Counted from the stretch's first letter, positions 25,911 through 38,968 are shown. The stretch is 63,633 nucleotides of DNA from Octopus sinensis (GCF_006345805.1 NW_021834600.1:1-63633), one strand, 5' to 3'. Translations and numbers: made by a program. The notes: generated by a model not told the origin, from the sequence alone.

Positions 25911-26052
25911 GACGGGCTTCTTTCAGCTTCCGTATACCAAATCCACTCACGAGGCTATAGTAGAAGACACTTGCCCCAGTTGTCACACAATAGAACTAGC
26001 ATGGAACAAAGTGGTTGGGAAGCAAGCTTCTTACCACACAGCCACACAGCGC
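25421..26052 (-). mobile_element. SINE family O, full length with expanded internal microsatellite
   Basis: Both halves present in reverse orientation around about 280 bp of (CA)/(TA)n. Confidence 0.88.
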
Positions 26053-26205
26053 ATATACACATACACATATATATATATATGTATATATGTATAAAATTTC
26101 TATATAAGTAAGGATAAGATCTTTATTTTAAATAGCGAACAAATCAAGAGGCAGCATGGGAAGTAAAAAACAAATCATATAAGATGTAATAATTATTAAA
26201 ATCAT

Positions 26206-26412
26206 AAATAAGGGTATCTAAGAGATATCACCATGCTTGAAATAGCAGTCAAAACTGCTAACTCTAAAACCACATAAATTGTTGTAGACGAGCATTGTCT
26301 GACAAGGGCTCCGGAACTCTTACATCATGCGATTTCTTTCTACTGGAAGTCATCTGCGGGAAGCGTTTGGACATCAGTGCCTGGAAAATTACTGGTATTC
26401 TGTACGTCATGC
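26206..26412 (-). mobile_element. ~210-bp HHR-like element, minus copy
   Basis: 26283-26412 is an inverted homolog of 26845-26990; 26206-26272 is an inverted homolog of 26475-26536. Confidence 0.6.
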
Positions 26413-26541
26413 GGTGATATATATATATATAATATATATATGCGTGTGTGTGTGTGGTGTATATGGGGGTGGGGATTTAAAGTTAGGGCTTGAATGTTAT
26501 TTCAAGCATGGTGGTTTCTCGTACATACTCTTATTTGGATT

Positions 26542-26574
<33 letters not shown>

Positions 26575-26604
26575 GATATATATATATATATGTATGTATG
26601 TATG

Positions 26605-26636
<32 letters not shown>

Positions 26637-26639
26637 TTT

Positions 26640-26686
<47 letters not shown>

Positions 26687-26894
26687 TTATATATATACCA
26701 TCTCTATCTATCAATCTCGCTCTCTCTCCCCCTTCTCTCTCTATTTATATATATATACACTCATATATATTGTATATACGCATACAATATATATATATAT
26801 ACTTGTATGCATATATATCATCGCATGCCTGTCAAATCTCGCAGCTACAACGTACATAATACTGGTATTTTTCCAGGCTCTGATGTCCAAAGGC

Positions 26895-26949
26895 TTCCCA
26901 CTGATGACTTCCAGTAGAACCAGTTGAATGAAATCACATGATATCGGAG
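26895..26949 (+). ncRNA. Degenerate type I hammerhead motif
   Basis: TTCCCA-CTGATGA-(TTC/GAA stem)-GAA-ATCA-CA-TGAT-A-TCGGAG; core intact, mismatches in stems I and II. Confidence 0.5.
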
Positions 26950-27249
26950 TGCCGGCGCCCTTGACAGACGATTGTCGTCTACAAGCACTTATGTGTACTT
27001 TTATGCACTATGTGCCTATACGAGAGGATCTCTCAAGGCTCATAGCACAGTTTTCGGTGTTCTGACAAGACAGGCAAGAAAACACACGCACATACACACA
27101 CACATGCGCGCTTGCACACTTATATATGCATACATGCTATGCATGGATTTTGATTCAATCTGTTAATCTGTTCGTTTTGTTTAACGCTTGAATGTTCCAA
27201 GTTTTGTGACTTTTAAGCTAAAGATTAAAATATAGCGATTGCAGATTGA

Positions 27250-27830
27250 CGGTATGAAATTTTAAGTCAAAGTTTAATGGTTTAACTGTATTGGTGGCAC
27301 ATTGTATTAATGGCACAAATTTAATGACGTGAATTTAATGTTCATAAGTTGATGACTAAAATTTAATGGGTCAATGTTCTTGATCGACACAAAGTTACTG
27401 GTTCCTAGTTATTCATCCAGAGTAAACGATAGACTTTTAATGGTACAAATTTAATGAGCGGAATTTAATGGTCAGAAATTAATGACCAACATTTAATGAT
27501 ACAAACGTTCTTGAACGATATAATGTTATTACTTTCATTTTGTTATTCATCCAGGGTGGATGGCAAACTTTTAGTGGCACAAATTTTATGAAGGAATTTA
27601 ATGGTCTTAACTTAACGATAAAAAAAATCTATTATTCTTAACTAACTGTTAGAAACTGAATAAACCAAATTAAATGCTTCAGATACGACCACTGTTAATG
27701 ATATAAAGATAACGGTTCAAAGCGTGATCGAATTTTAATAGTTCAAATTTAGCGATCAAAATTTAGCGAACCAAATTTAATTGTTTCAGTTTAGTTATTC
27801 TAATTTAATGGTCTATGATTTTATGCTGCT
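27250..27830. repeat. Decayed satellite of AAATTTAATG-like subunits, ~130-134 bp period
   Basis: GG(C/T)ACAAATTT(A/T)ATG at 27312, 27442 and 27576; GTTATTCATCCAG repeated. Confidence 0.8.
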
Positions 27831-28291
27831 CACACTGTAAAACAAACAAACATACAAACAAACAAATAAATCGCCTCTCAAACAAACTCTGCCGCCGACT
27901 AGCGAAGATTTTACTCTTCAACACTTTACAGCTTAGCGCAGCAGTAATCCGCCACGTTATCTGTCAGCAGTTTGTTTGACAGGGACTTCAAATATTTAGC
28001 GTCTTTCGCCACAGAAGTAACGCGCTACTGCTCATGGGATCAATGTTGTTGCCAGCATTAAAACAAACCAGCCAACGACTAATATTGAATGTTTAAGATC
28101 TTTTGTAATGGCGACGCTGAACTTTCAAATTTGCACAAAATCAAAATTCAGGACCATGCTGGACGTTTGTTTTGCTTTCTTTTCTTTCATTTTCCATTAT
28201 ATTCTGTTATTTATTTTTCGTCCTAAGTCAACACTGTGCTGTTAATTCAGATAGGGGCTTTATTTAACAACAGCTGTGCTTTTCATTGTTA

Positions 28292-28556
28292 GAGGAGGCG
28301 CATAGCTTAGTAGTTAGGGTGTCAACATCATGATCGTAAGATTGTGGTTTCGATTCCTAGACCGGGCGACGCGTTGTGTTCTTGAGCAAAACACTTCATT
28401 TCACATTGCTCTAGTCCACTCAGCTGGCAAAAATGAGTAATACTGCGATGGACTGACGTCCCGTCCAGCAGGGGAAGACATACGCCATTAAAACCGGGAA
28501 ACCGGGCCCATGAGCCTGGCTAGGTTTAAAAGGGCGCATTTATTTTAATTTTATTA
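28292..28556 (+). mobile_element. SINE family T with TSD
   Basis: 12-bp TSD TTTTCATTGTTA (28280-28291, 28557-28568); sister of 4968. Confidence 0.92.
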
Positions 28557-28614
28557 TTTTCATTGTTAATATTAAAATTCTGGTCTCCATAGAAAATGAT
28601 GATTATAATAGTGG

Positions 28615-28998
28615 TTTCAAATTTTGGCTCAAGGCCAGCATGTTTCGGGAGGGATAAGTCGACTGCATCGACCCCAGTGCTTAAATTGGTATTTATTTTA
28701 TCGACCCCGCAAGGTTGAATGGGAAAGTCAACTACAGCGAAATTTGAAATCGGAACGTAAAGTCGGAAGAAATTATAAGAAGCATTAACTCCGGCGGCAT
28801 GCTAACAATTCTGTCCGTTCGCCGCCGCAACAACAACAATAAGAACAATACATTCGGAGTTCGAACTCCACTTAGGTCGACTTTACCTTTCATCTTTTCG
28901 GCGGCAATAAAATAAGAAACCCGCTGAGTATTGGGTGTCGATGAAAACGACATACCCCCTCACCCAAAATTGCTGGCCTTGTGCCCAAATTTGAAATC
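28615..28998. mobile_element. Divergent pair of family M SINEs (minus 28615-28827, plus 28854-28998)
   Basis: Central GTCGA..TTTCATC block present in both orientations. Confidence 0.8.
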
Positions 28999-29141
28999 AT
29001 CATCATCATCATCATCATCGTCGTCGTCATCAATACCACCACAACCACCACCACCACCACCATCATCATCTTCATCACCACCACCATCACCACCACCGCC
29101 GCCGCCGCCACCACAACCACCACCACCACCACCACCACCAG

Positions 29142-29186
<45 letters not shown>

Positions 29187-29262
29187 TATCATTTCATTAT
29201 ATGTAAACCCCCAAACATTATGTTTGTCTCTGTATTGCCCTCCCTAATCATTATTATTGTTG

Positions 29263-29316
<54 letters not shown>

Positions 29317-29756
29317 GTAGTAGTAGTAGTAGTATAGTAGTAGTAGTAGTAGTAGTAGAAGAAGAAGAAGAGGTGGCGATGGAGATAGTTTTGATAAACG
29401 ATTTTTTTTGTTTCGTTTTCGCACGGGTTACGGATTCGAATTATGTTTTCAACGCCGTCGATATATTGTTGTTAGAATTGTTCTAGCTGTTGCTATTGTT
29501 GTCATTGTCGATTTTCTTAGTATTACTTCTGCTACCGCTGTTTGTTGTTGTTGCTACTGCTGCTGCTGCTACTGCCTTTAGTCGTAGTTGTTTGCGGTCT
29601 CATTCAGTAACAGAGCCAATGGGAACAGACCAAGAGCAAGCCCGATGTACACAGAATCTACACGTACACAAAGGGAAATCCAAACACAGCCCCACGCATA
29701 TCTCTGTGTCTGTGTCTGTGTGGGGTGGTGTGTCTATGTATATATGTATACATAGG

Positions 29757-29793
<37 letters not shown>

Positions 29794-30353
29794 ATATATA
29801 ATTATATATATATATATTATATATATATATATACATACATATATGTATATGTCAGTGTGTGCGCGTGTGCATACGTACGTACGTGCATGCATACATACAA
29901 ACAGAAAGACGGTACACATGCTGGCTCGTATAAACATATACAAAGTCACCCCCATGGAGTAGGGGCTTGTTTGGCTGTTAAAAACTATATCCGGCTTTTG
30001 GCCGTCTTATATAACAGCCATGACTAACATAACAATAACATAGAAAACAAAGAAAAAAACTGCACGATTTATGACAAACAAAAGCAGTAAAATAACAAAA
30101 AAGAATGCACACCGTATTCTGTGTCAATCTATATATCTATCTATGTCTGTCTGTCTGCCTGTCTGTTTCTCAATCTATCTATCTATCCTTTTTCTTTTTC
30201 ATTTTCGAAAAGAAAAGCTCTACATTTTTATTTGTCCCTTCTGCGTTCAGCCCTATGTGGCCAATAAAGAAAGTTATCTACCTACCTACCTAACTACCTA
30301 CCTACCTTTCTACCTACCTACTTACCTGCCTGACAGCCTACCTACCTAATTTC

Positions 30354-30429
<76 letters not shown>

Positions 30430-30624
30430 TTACCGACACATTCAAATCCTTCTTTCTGTCTGTCTCTCTTTCTCTCTCTATCTATCTGCCTACCTACCTA
30501 CCTACTACCTATCTATCTATTTATCTATCTGTTTATCTATCTACCTGTGTGTGTGAGTCTGTCTGTCTGTATATGTGTATTTATGCATGTATTTATATGC
30601 ATTATATATGTATATATATCATAT

Positions 30625-30686
<62 letters not shown>

Positions 30687-31038
30687 TTATTTGGTGGGGA
30701 TACTAAAGGAGATATTCTGCGGTTTGTTGTTTCGCGCCAAAATGCTTCTCAGTAATATTGTACCCAATGCACTTTACAATTTAACTTCCCTGCTTCTTGT
30801 CTGTGAAGGAAAACATAATTAAAATAAATGTGCATTTAAGTTCATGTACAGTGATGGGGCGCTCCCATCTCTTCGATGTATGAGGCTCTAACAGCGGACA
30901 TTATTTGGTGATTGATTTTCAGTGGTCTCAGCTTCCTTCATATCAGGCACATGATTTGAAATACTGATAGCAGAAATTTAGGACAAGCGATTGCTATATC
31001 CTGTGTTGGTTGCCTTCGCTATGGCTGAGAGTCTAACC

Positions 31039-31239
31039 CAGCGTTTCTCAACCGGGATTCCCGGAAGCCTAGCGTTCTGCAAAAGGTTCCTAGGGGTTCC
31101 GCGTGAAAGAGTGAAATAAGCTAATGCTAATTTCATGATCGTAATATTACTATACATGCACAATATATTATTGTAAAATTGTGATATAATATAGACATCA
31201 TCCTATCTAACCTATCATGTTATCAAAAAAATATACCAA

Positions 31240-31286
<47 letters not shown>

Positions 31287-31437
31287 TATATTATGTATAT
31301 ATTATATATATTCCACGTGAACTACGATGAAAAAGATATGAGAAAGATATGGTACATATTTTTTTTGTGCAGGGGTTCCTTAAGAAATGTAATATATTTT
31401 AAGGGTTACGCAAGTGTAAAAAGGTTGAGAAGCATTA
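31039..31437. mobile_element. hAT (Charlie-like) non-autonomous element
   Basis: Ends CAGCGTTTCTCAACC and GGTTGAGAAGCATTA with subterminal GGGGTTCC repeats; 8-bp TSD not recovered. Confidence 0.6.
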
Positions 31438-31693
31438 AGCCATCCTGAAAGGCCATCTGGGCACCTGAGCACCAAACCAGGAATTTGTAGGCTCTGGAGC
31501 ACGTATATTTTATATCAGGTATTACGATGGGCGCTGCATCTCACGAGTTCGTTAGTCCTTTGTCGAGCCTTTTTTTTCGTCAACCCGCAAAATAGAAAAA
31601 ACTTTTTGTATTACTGTTACCGATGGTCAACCTTTCCGTATCGCTCGGTTAGAAACTGATTTGCAAGTCTCTTTGTCTGTGAGTATGTATGTA

Positions 31694-31724
<31 letters not shown>

Positions 31725-32201
31725 GCGTGTGTGTACGCGTGTATATGTGTGTATGTATGTGTATGTGTGTGTGTGTGTGTGTGTGTGTTATCTTTGTGTG
31801 GTTGATTTTCGTTCTTGCGAAGAATGAACACATCTTTCTTTTCTTCTGTCTGTCTGTCCGTCCCTTTCTATCTCTCTATCTCTCTGTTTCTCTGTCCCTC
31901 TATCTCTCTCTCTCTTGCTCTGTGTGTATATATACATATATAAATATATATAAGCATATATGTATATACACATACATATATATGCATACATATTTATCCA
32001 TGCATACATATACACACACACACACATATATATATTAACGCAGACATATACATTTCTATATACATGTGCACATACAGACACACACACACACGCACACATA
32101 TTAACGTACACATATACTCTTCTACGAATATGTGCACATAAAAACATGCACACGCACACATATTAACACACACTCCCATCTATATGTGCACATACAGACA
32201 T

Positions 32202-32245
<44 letters not shown>

Positions 32246-32365
32246 ACATAAACACACACACGCACACGCGTGTGTGTGTGTTTACGGTCATAGCAGAGCA
32301 CAATGCGCGCTGCGTTTGGTAAAGTTATTTGATTATTGGAGAGAGGTGCAGCAAATTGTAAAGCG

Positions 32366-32398
32366 CAGCTGCACATGCAGCTGAGGTGTTTGACGTCG
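32366..32398. promoter_or_regulatory. Three abutting E-boxes plus CRE-like site
   Basis: CAGCTG-CACATG-CAGCTG (32366-32383), TGACGTCG (32391-32398). Function not shown. Confidence 0.3.
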
Positions 32399-33591
32399 TT
32401 CGGTGTTCAATGTGTATAGGGTTGCACGGGGCAGCAGCGGGGGAGAGGTGAGTGGGAGAGAGGAGGTGTGAGAGGGGGTAGGGATAGAGGGAGAGGGGGA
32501 TGGGAGGTGGAGGTAAGGAGTGAAATAATATCCTACTGAATGGGAGAGAGAGAGAGAGAGAGAGTGATAGAAAGAGGGGAGAGAGGGAAGTAGATAGAGA
32601 CAGGAAGGTGGAGAGGGAGAGAAGGGACACAGAGGGAGAGCGAGAGTGAGAAGGAGAGAAGGAGATAGGGAGGTAGAGACTGAGACATTGAGAATGAGAG
32701 AGATTAGGTGAGAGAGAGAGGGAGAGAGAAAGAAGGGAACAAGAAAGACAGAAACAGAGAGACGGAGAAGGAAAGGGAAGAAATAGAAAGAAGAGAAAGA
32801 GAGAAAGAGAGAGAAAGAGAGAAAGAATCAGAGAGAGAGAGATTGTAAAACCGTGACTGAGTCAGTGACACGCATGCGCATATACACTTAAAAGCACATA
32901 CACACACATTTAATGATATATATATATATACACACACACAAACACGTACACAAACACATACACACAAACATACGCATGTATATACACACGAGCACACAGA
33001 AACACACCCCCTATATATACAGACAAACACACACAAACACACATGCACAGAAAAACTCACACGCATGTATATACAGACAAACACACAAACACACCCACAC
33101 GCATCTATACACATAATCACACATGCGTCTATAGACAAAAACACACCCACACGCCTATAACCACACAGGGACACACGCATCTATACACAAAAAGCACCCA
33201 CACACAAAGATTGATAGAGAACCCGAGAGGGAGTGAAAAATATCTTTTAATTTTTTTTACTAGTTTTTGTTTTTAGAGTACGGTCATGCTGGAGCATCGC
33301 CTTGAAGGGTCCCTGCCAGCGATAAAGATACTAAGGAAACACAGTGGAGTTAAACTGGACCACAATTTAAATCTACCAAACCAAAGTTAGTTTTACACAA
33401 TACTTCAGCTGAAACTTCTGAAGAAAAAGTGTAATTTTGGAATATCGTTGAGTCTTTTCAAACTTTTGGAATACCGTTGAATCATCGTCTTCATGAATTC
33501 TTTGCAAACTATTTCCTTTCAGGAACTATAGTTTGAAGACATTAAAATATATGATTAATTCTAAAAATACATATAGTTTGGTCATATATTT

Positions 33592-33810
33592 TATTCTTTC
33601 AAAATTCTGGCACAAGGCAAACAATTTTGAAGGCGGGAGACAGCTTGGCTATATCGATCCTAGTAGCCAACTGATACTTTCTTTTATCGAGCCCCAAAAG
33701 GTTGAAAGGCAATGCCGACATCGGTGACATTTGAATTCAGAACAGAAAGAACTGCTAGAAATATCACGAAGCATTCTGTCTGGCGCATTAACGATTCTTC
33801 CAGCTGGGGT
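33592..33810 (-). mobile_element. SINE family M, diverged
   Basis: TTTATCGAGCCCCAAAAGGTTGAAAGGC..TTTGAATTCAGAAC. Confidence 0.75.
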
Positions 33811-33910
33811 AAAATATACGAAGCCCAGTATACACATCATGACTACCCGTCTGATAAGGGTACACCATGCACATGCATCACAACCATATGTGCGCGACAT
33901 GGTAATCTCA

Positions 33911-34664
33911 ATGCTTCGTGAACGCCGCAGAGATTGAAAGACGTTACATGGTCAGCTGCAACAGAAACTACGAAGTCGTGGTCAGCAGAAAGAGACACAG
34001 CAGGCGTTCCGACTGCGTCCGAACGCCAGCATTTTTGAACGGGGACTTAAGCTCGGTTCAGTTGCTGGACACTATGGTCAAACCCTGGCTAGAGAGGCTT
34101 GCTACAAACAGGTCATATGTGTGAAAGGATTCGGTTTATTGCCATGTTTTATTAGGGCGGTGAGCTAGCAGAATCGGTAGCACGCCTGGTAAAATGCTTA
34201 GCGATATTTCGTCTGACGCTACGTTCTGAGTTCAAATTCCGCCGAGGTCTCCGAAAAGACTGAGAAGTGATTGTTGGAGAATTTCTATGATTTCACCAGC
34301 CCCAATTTCTGGCCTCTTAATGACCCCGATTTTAAATCCCATGGGTTACTATGTATGAGGCGCGGTTGAGAAAGACACCAACCACTCTGCTTGCAACACT
34401 TAGTCCGATTTAGTGGACAAGATTGACGTCTTCGAAGATCTTCCCAGGAACGCAGTAAGGAATGCATGCACCAGGTTCCGGAGTCATGTTGAAGACGCAG
34501 TGGAAGCCAAGGGCGGCTACTTTGATTGGACTGTTATCTCCCAGCCATAATCTAGTTGATGGTTTTTGATTTTGTAATGTACTTATGTTTTTGGATGTGC
34601 TATTTAGTTTTTTTTTTTTTTTTTGCCTTTCATGCAAACTATCAAATTCCTCCCGAATACCCTG
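33911..34664 (+). pseudogene. Internally deleted maT (DD37D) Tc1/mariner transposase remnant with SINE insertion at ~34153-34249
   Basis: LDTMVKPWLERLA..YV*KDSVYCH | SEKTEK*LLENFYDFTSPNFWPLNDPD-(frameshift)-NPMGYYV*GAVE..ACTRFRSHVE.AVEAKGGYF; ends ACCCTG|TA. About 37 residues between the second and third catalytic positions. Confidence 0.8.
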
Positions 34665-34690
34665 TACTTAATACCAGTTTCTTAGCTGAT

Positions 34691-34900
34691 ATTCTTTTCT
34701 AATCTGGACACAAGGTCCGAAATTTTGTGGGGAGAGGGCCAGTTGATTAGATCAACTCAATCTGGTACTTAATTTATCGACCCCGAAAGGATGAAAGGTA
34801 AAGTCGACCTCGGCGGAATTTGAACTCAGAATGTAACGACAAACGAAATATCGCTAAGCATTTCGCCAGGTGTGCTAACGATTCTGCTAGCTCACCGCCC

Positions 34901-34943
<43 letters not shown>

Positions 34944-35847
34944 TTCAAAGTTTGCCACAAGGGTAGCAATCTTAGAGGAAGATAATAGTCGATTACCTCG
35001 ACCCCAGTGCGTAACTGGTACTTAATTTATCGACCCTGAAAGAATGGAAGGCAAAGTCAACCTCAGCGAAATTTGAACGTAAAGACAGACAAAATAAAGT
35101 GAAGCATTTCGCCCGGCGTGCTAACGTTTCGGCCAGCTCGCCGCCTTCTCCATTTTCTTCGCTGATATTAAAATATATAATTAATTCAAGGATATGTTAA
35201 TATTTGGGGACTAGAAAGTGCGAGCTGGCAGAATCGTTAGCACGGGGTGGGGGCAAAACGCTTTGCGGCATTTCGTCTGACTTTACGTTTTGAGTTCAAA
35301 TTCCACCGAGGTCGACTTTGCTTTTCATTCTTTCAAGGGTCGATAAATAAAGTACCAGTTCAGTACTTGGGCCGATGTAGTCGACTTACTCCCTTCCTAG
35401 AACATGCTGGCTTGAATCAAAATTTTAAATCAATATTTCGGGATTAGGTGATTTGAAAACAATTCATAAACATAGTTAATATGAGTTAGCACGCCGGGCG
35501 AAATGCTTAGCGGTAATTGGTTTGCCGTTACGTTCTGAGTTCAAATTCCGCCGAGGTCAACTTTACCTTTCATCCTTTCGGGGTCGATTAAATAAGTACC
35601 TGTTACGCACTGGGGTCAATATAATCGACTTAATCCGTTTGTTTGCCCTCTCTGTGTTTAGCCCCTTGTGAGTAGTAAAGAAAGAGGTACTTCATCTGTC
35701 TTTGTGTTCTGAGTTTAAATTCCGCCGAAAACGACTTTACTTTTCGGGGTCGATAAAATAAGTACCAGGCGAGCACTGGTGGTCGCTGTAATCGACTTCC
35801 CCCCTCACCCGAAATTGCTGGCCTTGAGCCAAAATTTGAAATCAATA
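34691..35847. mobile_element. Cluster of family M SINEs (minus 34691-34900 and 34942-35146; plus 35218-35435 and dimer 35483-35847)
   Basis: Repeated head, B box and central block in both orientations. Confidence 0.9.
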
Positions 35848-36808
35848 TTAATGAGTTGATTAGTTAAATATTAAAACAAAATTGAGTTTATTTGGTGGTA
35901 GCGTAAGGAGAAACATCCTTTAATTAGTCCCTCGTTCACTGCTCATTCTTGTTTTAAGCCTCGCCATCATTATTTTTCAGTTTCAATTTTTACGTTTGTT
36001 CCTTTCAATGCCATGATTATTCTCTGTTTATAGGGATGTTTTTTTAACGCTTTCAACCTCATAATTGAAAAAACATGTTGTATTTTAACTATTGTCTCTT
36101 ACCGTTTCTGCTTCCATGACACTTTTTTTGCAGTGGTTCTTCTTAAACAATTCCATTGACAACGCTAATATAGACCAGATTGTTTGTTTTCTGCTGTATC
36201 TAACTCCCCTGGATATCTTCCATTTTGCGTTTATGTTTGAACAACACCAGGTTACAAATTGTTATCAAATTTTCAATTTCTTTCTCCGTAGAGTTTTTTG
36301 ACATCATAGAGAGAACTCAGCTAACCTTTCTTTGTTCAATAGGCATGGTTTACGTTGCGAACATAGAGTCTTGAAGACATCATGCTAGTTACTGTCAGAG
36401 TTCTTGTGTTTGGTCCATTGTGTAGATTTTCTTCTTACCTTCAACTAGTTTCATTCTTATGCTGAGAATTCTATATAGTGCATCACTGTGCTGCTATCAC
36501 TGTCCTCGGTAGTGGAGATTGCGAGTTCAATATTTGATATGAGGATAATGCGTGAGATTTTAATCATCCATTTGTTTTGCTATTTTTTTGTTTATGACTG
36601 ATTTATAAAAATGTAGAGATTTATTTGGATGTTGATAAAAGCACACACAATAACTCAGGAGATATACACACATACATACACACGCACACAGAGTATTACT
36701 AATAAAATACGAGAAAAAACTAGAACAAAGGAGAATCGTAAAAAAATATAACTAATTATGAGAAGAAAAAAGAAGAGAAAGAAGGAGTATAATGATAATT
36801 ATTATTAT

Positions 36809-37020
36809 AATTTCAAATGTTTTGCTACAAGGGCATCTTAGGGGAGGGAATTAAGTCGATAACATCGACCCCAGTGCGTAACTGGTACTTATTTAATCGA
36901 TCCCGAAAGAATGAAAGATAAAGTCGACCTCGGCAGAATTTGAACTCAGAACGTAGCGGCAGACGAAATATCGCTAAGCATTTCGTTAGGCGTGCTACCG
37001 ATTCTGCTAGCTCACCGCCC
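36809..37020 (-). mobile_element. SINE family M abutting (AAT)n
   Basis: Full head-to-tail match to the family. Confidence 0.88.
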
Positions 37021-37091
<71 letters not shown>

Positions 37092-37409
37092 CTACAACAA
37101 CAACAACAACAACAACAACAATAATAATAATAAGAAGAAGAAGAAGAAGAAGAAGAAAAAACATATACTAACGATTTCATTATTAGCCACAAGGTTTTAC
37201 ATTAAGAACAACCATTTTGAACAGCACAGGACAAAACAAAGAATGTGGGTGTATGTGTGTGAGTGTGTGCTGTGAGGGTTTTGCGTGTAAACAAGACTAA
37301 TGAAATAAAAATGAAAGAAATCAATCAATAATGCATAATTCTCCATAGCGAGACGTTTGAGGGCTGCTCATGGAATAAAAATCCTTTAAAAAAGCTATGA
37401 GTACATCGA

Positions 37410-37720
37410 CTCTTCTCAACACATGGCTATGGTGCTCCCTACTACTTCTGCCCGTGATCAGAGATGCACATGTCGTCAACCACCAAGGGACATGCTCAAT
37501 TGGTTAAGGTCAAACAACTGACAAGCAAATCTGTGGTATTGAGCAGAATATTTGCTGTAGCCCATACCAAGACAGAAACCATGTACCGGATAACATTTCC
37601 AATCAGTTATGATCAGAAGCCATGCAAGCCACTGCCTGCTACTGCATCAGAGCATTGGTACTACATCAGGGCGTTGATACTGCACTACAGCATGGTACTG
37701 TACCAGGGCACTGTACTGCA
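37410..37720 (-). mobile_element. (AAT)n-associated element (family D), 5' part
   Basis: Reverse complement of 39408-39620, with GCCCTGATGCAGTACCA-like 5' subrepeats. Confidence 0.8.
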
Positions 37721-37722
37721 TT

Positions 37723-37778
<56 letters not shown>

Positions 37779-38152
37779 GTTTATTATTATTATTATTATT
37801 CAGTAGTCTTAGTTTTATCACGTGCTTTCACTGCATTACGGAGCGCAGCTCTGTGTGCCTTGGGTAGGTGCTGTGGTTTATTGTTGGTCCTCTTATTTTT
37901 ACTGTAGTAAAATGTTTTACGTAGAATATGTCTGGTGCCTGGTAGTGCTATTTTCTGTATGTTATATATACTTGTTAGTCCTAGTGTTTTTGCCATGTAT
38001 TTATCTGAATGTTTTTTTTTGTATCATATCTAATACGCCTATTATGATGGGAATTGTTTCAGCTTTTACGCTCCACATTCGAGTTACCTCTGTTTCCAGA
38101 TCTTTGTGTTTCTCTATTGTTGTTGCTGTTGTTGTTGTTGTTGTTGTTGTCG

Positions 38153-38216
<64 letters not shown>

Positions 38217-38249
38217 CTATCTGGCTTCCACTTTTATGGATATTCGAAA

Positions 38250-38883
38250 ATTGTTGCCAATAATTCATTGAAATTGTAGAAAGAAATTCGGTTTAGCATG
38301 TTTCTGAAAGGAGCAACCACTATTTTCCAGGAACAGGAAAGAAAATCCTTGAAAACGAGAAATTGTGGTTGTTATAGGAGTTTTCTGTAGGAACCCAAAG
38401 TAGAATGGAACACAACAAACCGGATATTGTGCTCGTTGACAAGAAGGAGAAGGAAGCGTGTCTTGTAATTGGCTGGCAATGCCCATTTGATATCAGAGTT
38501 AGGAAAAAGGAAACGGAAAAAGTAAAGTGTTATACCGACATAGAGGCGAAATTCTCAAATACAGGAATAGACGTGTTACCAAGGTCATGATCCTGCCAAT
38601 TATCGCAGTAGCTTTGGGAACAGTGACAAGGAATTTAAGAGCAAAGCCTAAGAAAGGCAGATTTTCACACGGGTATGTATGTAGTAGATGTAATTCTGCG
38701 AAACTTGTTTATTTCCATCAGCAAGAATTGTATGGAAAGTTCTCGGTACAGTTCAAGGACAAGAATGAACAGCAGAAAGGGATTTTATGAATAAAGTGAA
38801 TGGGTAAGAATTCAAGTTATCCTAGAGCACGGCTTGTGATCTGACAGAACGGATAATTAAACGGTGTACGTCATCGTTACTGC
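38250..38883 (+). pseudogene. R4/Dong-type non-LTR retrotransposon 3' fragment (restriction-like endonuclease)
   Basis: LENEK..HNKPDIVLVDKKEK..CPFD..KKE.EK..Y.D; shifted frame ILPIIAVALGTV; followed by (AAT)n. Confidence 0.85.
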
Positions 38884-38956
<73 letters not shown>

Positions 38957-38968
38957 TATAATAATAAT

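Noticed and set aside
26206-26536. MITE with ~65-bp TIRs
   Set aside because: No TSD, and the interior is homologous to sequence outside (26845-26990); better explained as inverted copies of one short element.
27880-28160. Mariner-like 5' region (GTTTGTTTGACAG; MATLNFQICTKSKFRTML)
   Set aside because: Resemblance is too weak; no TIR identified.
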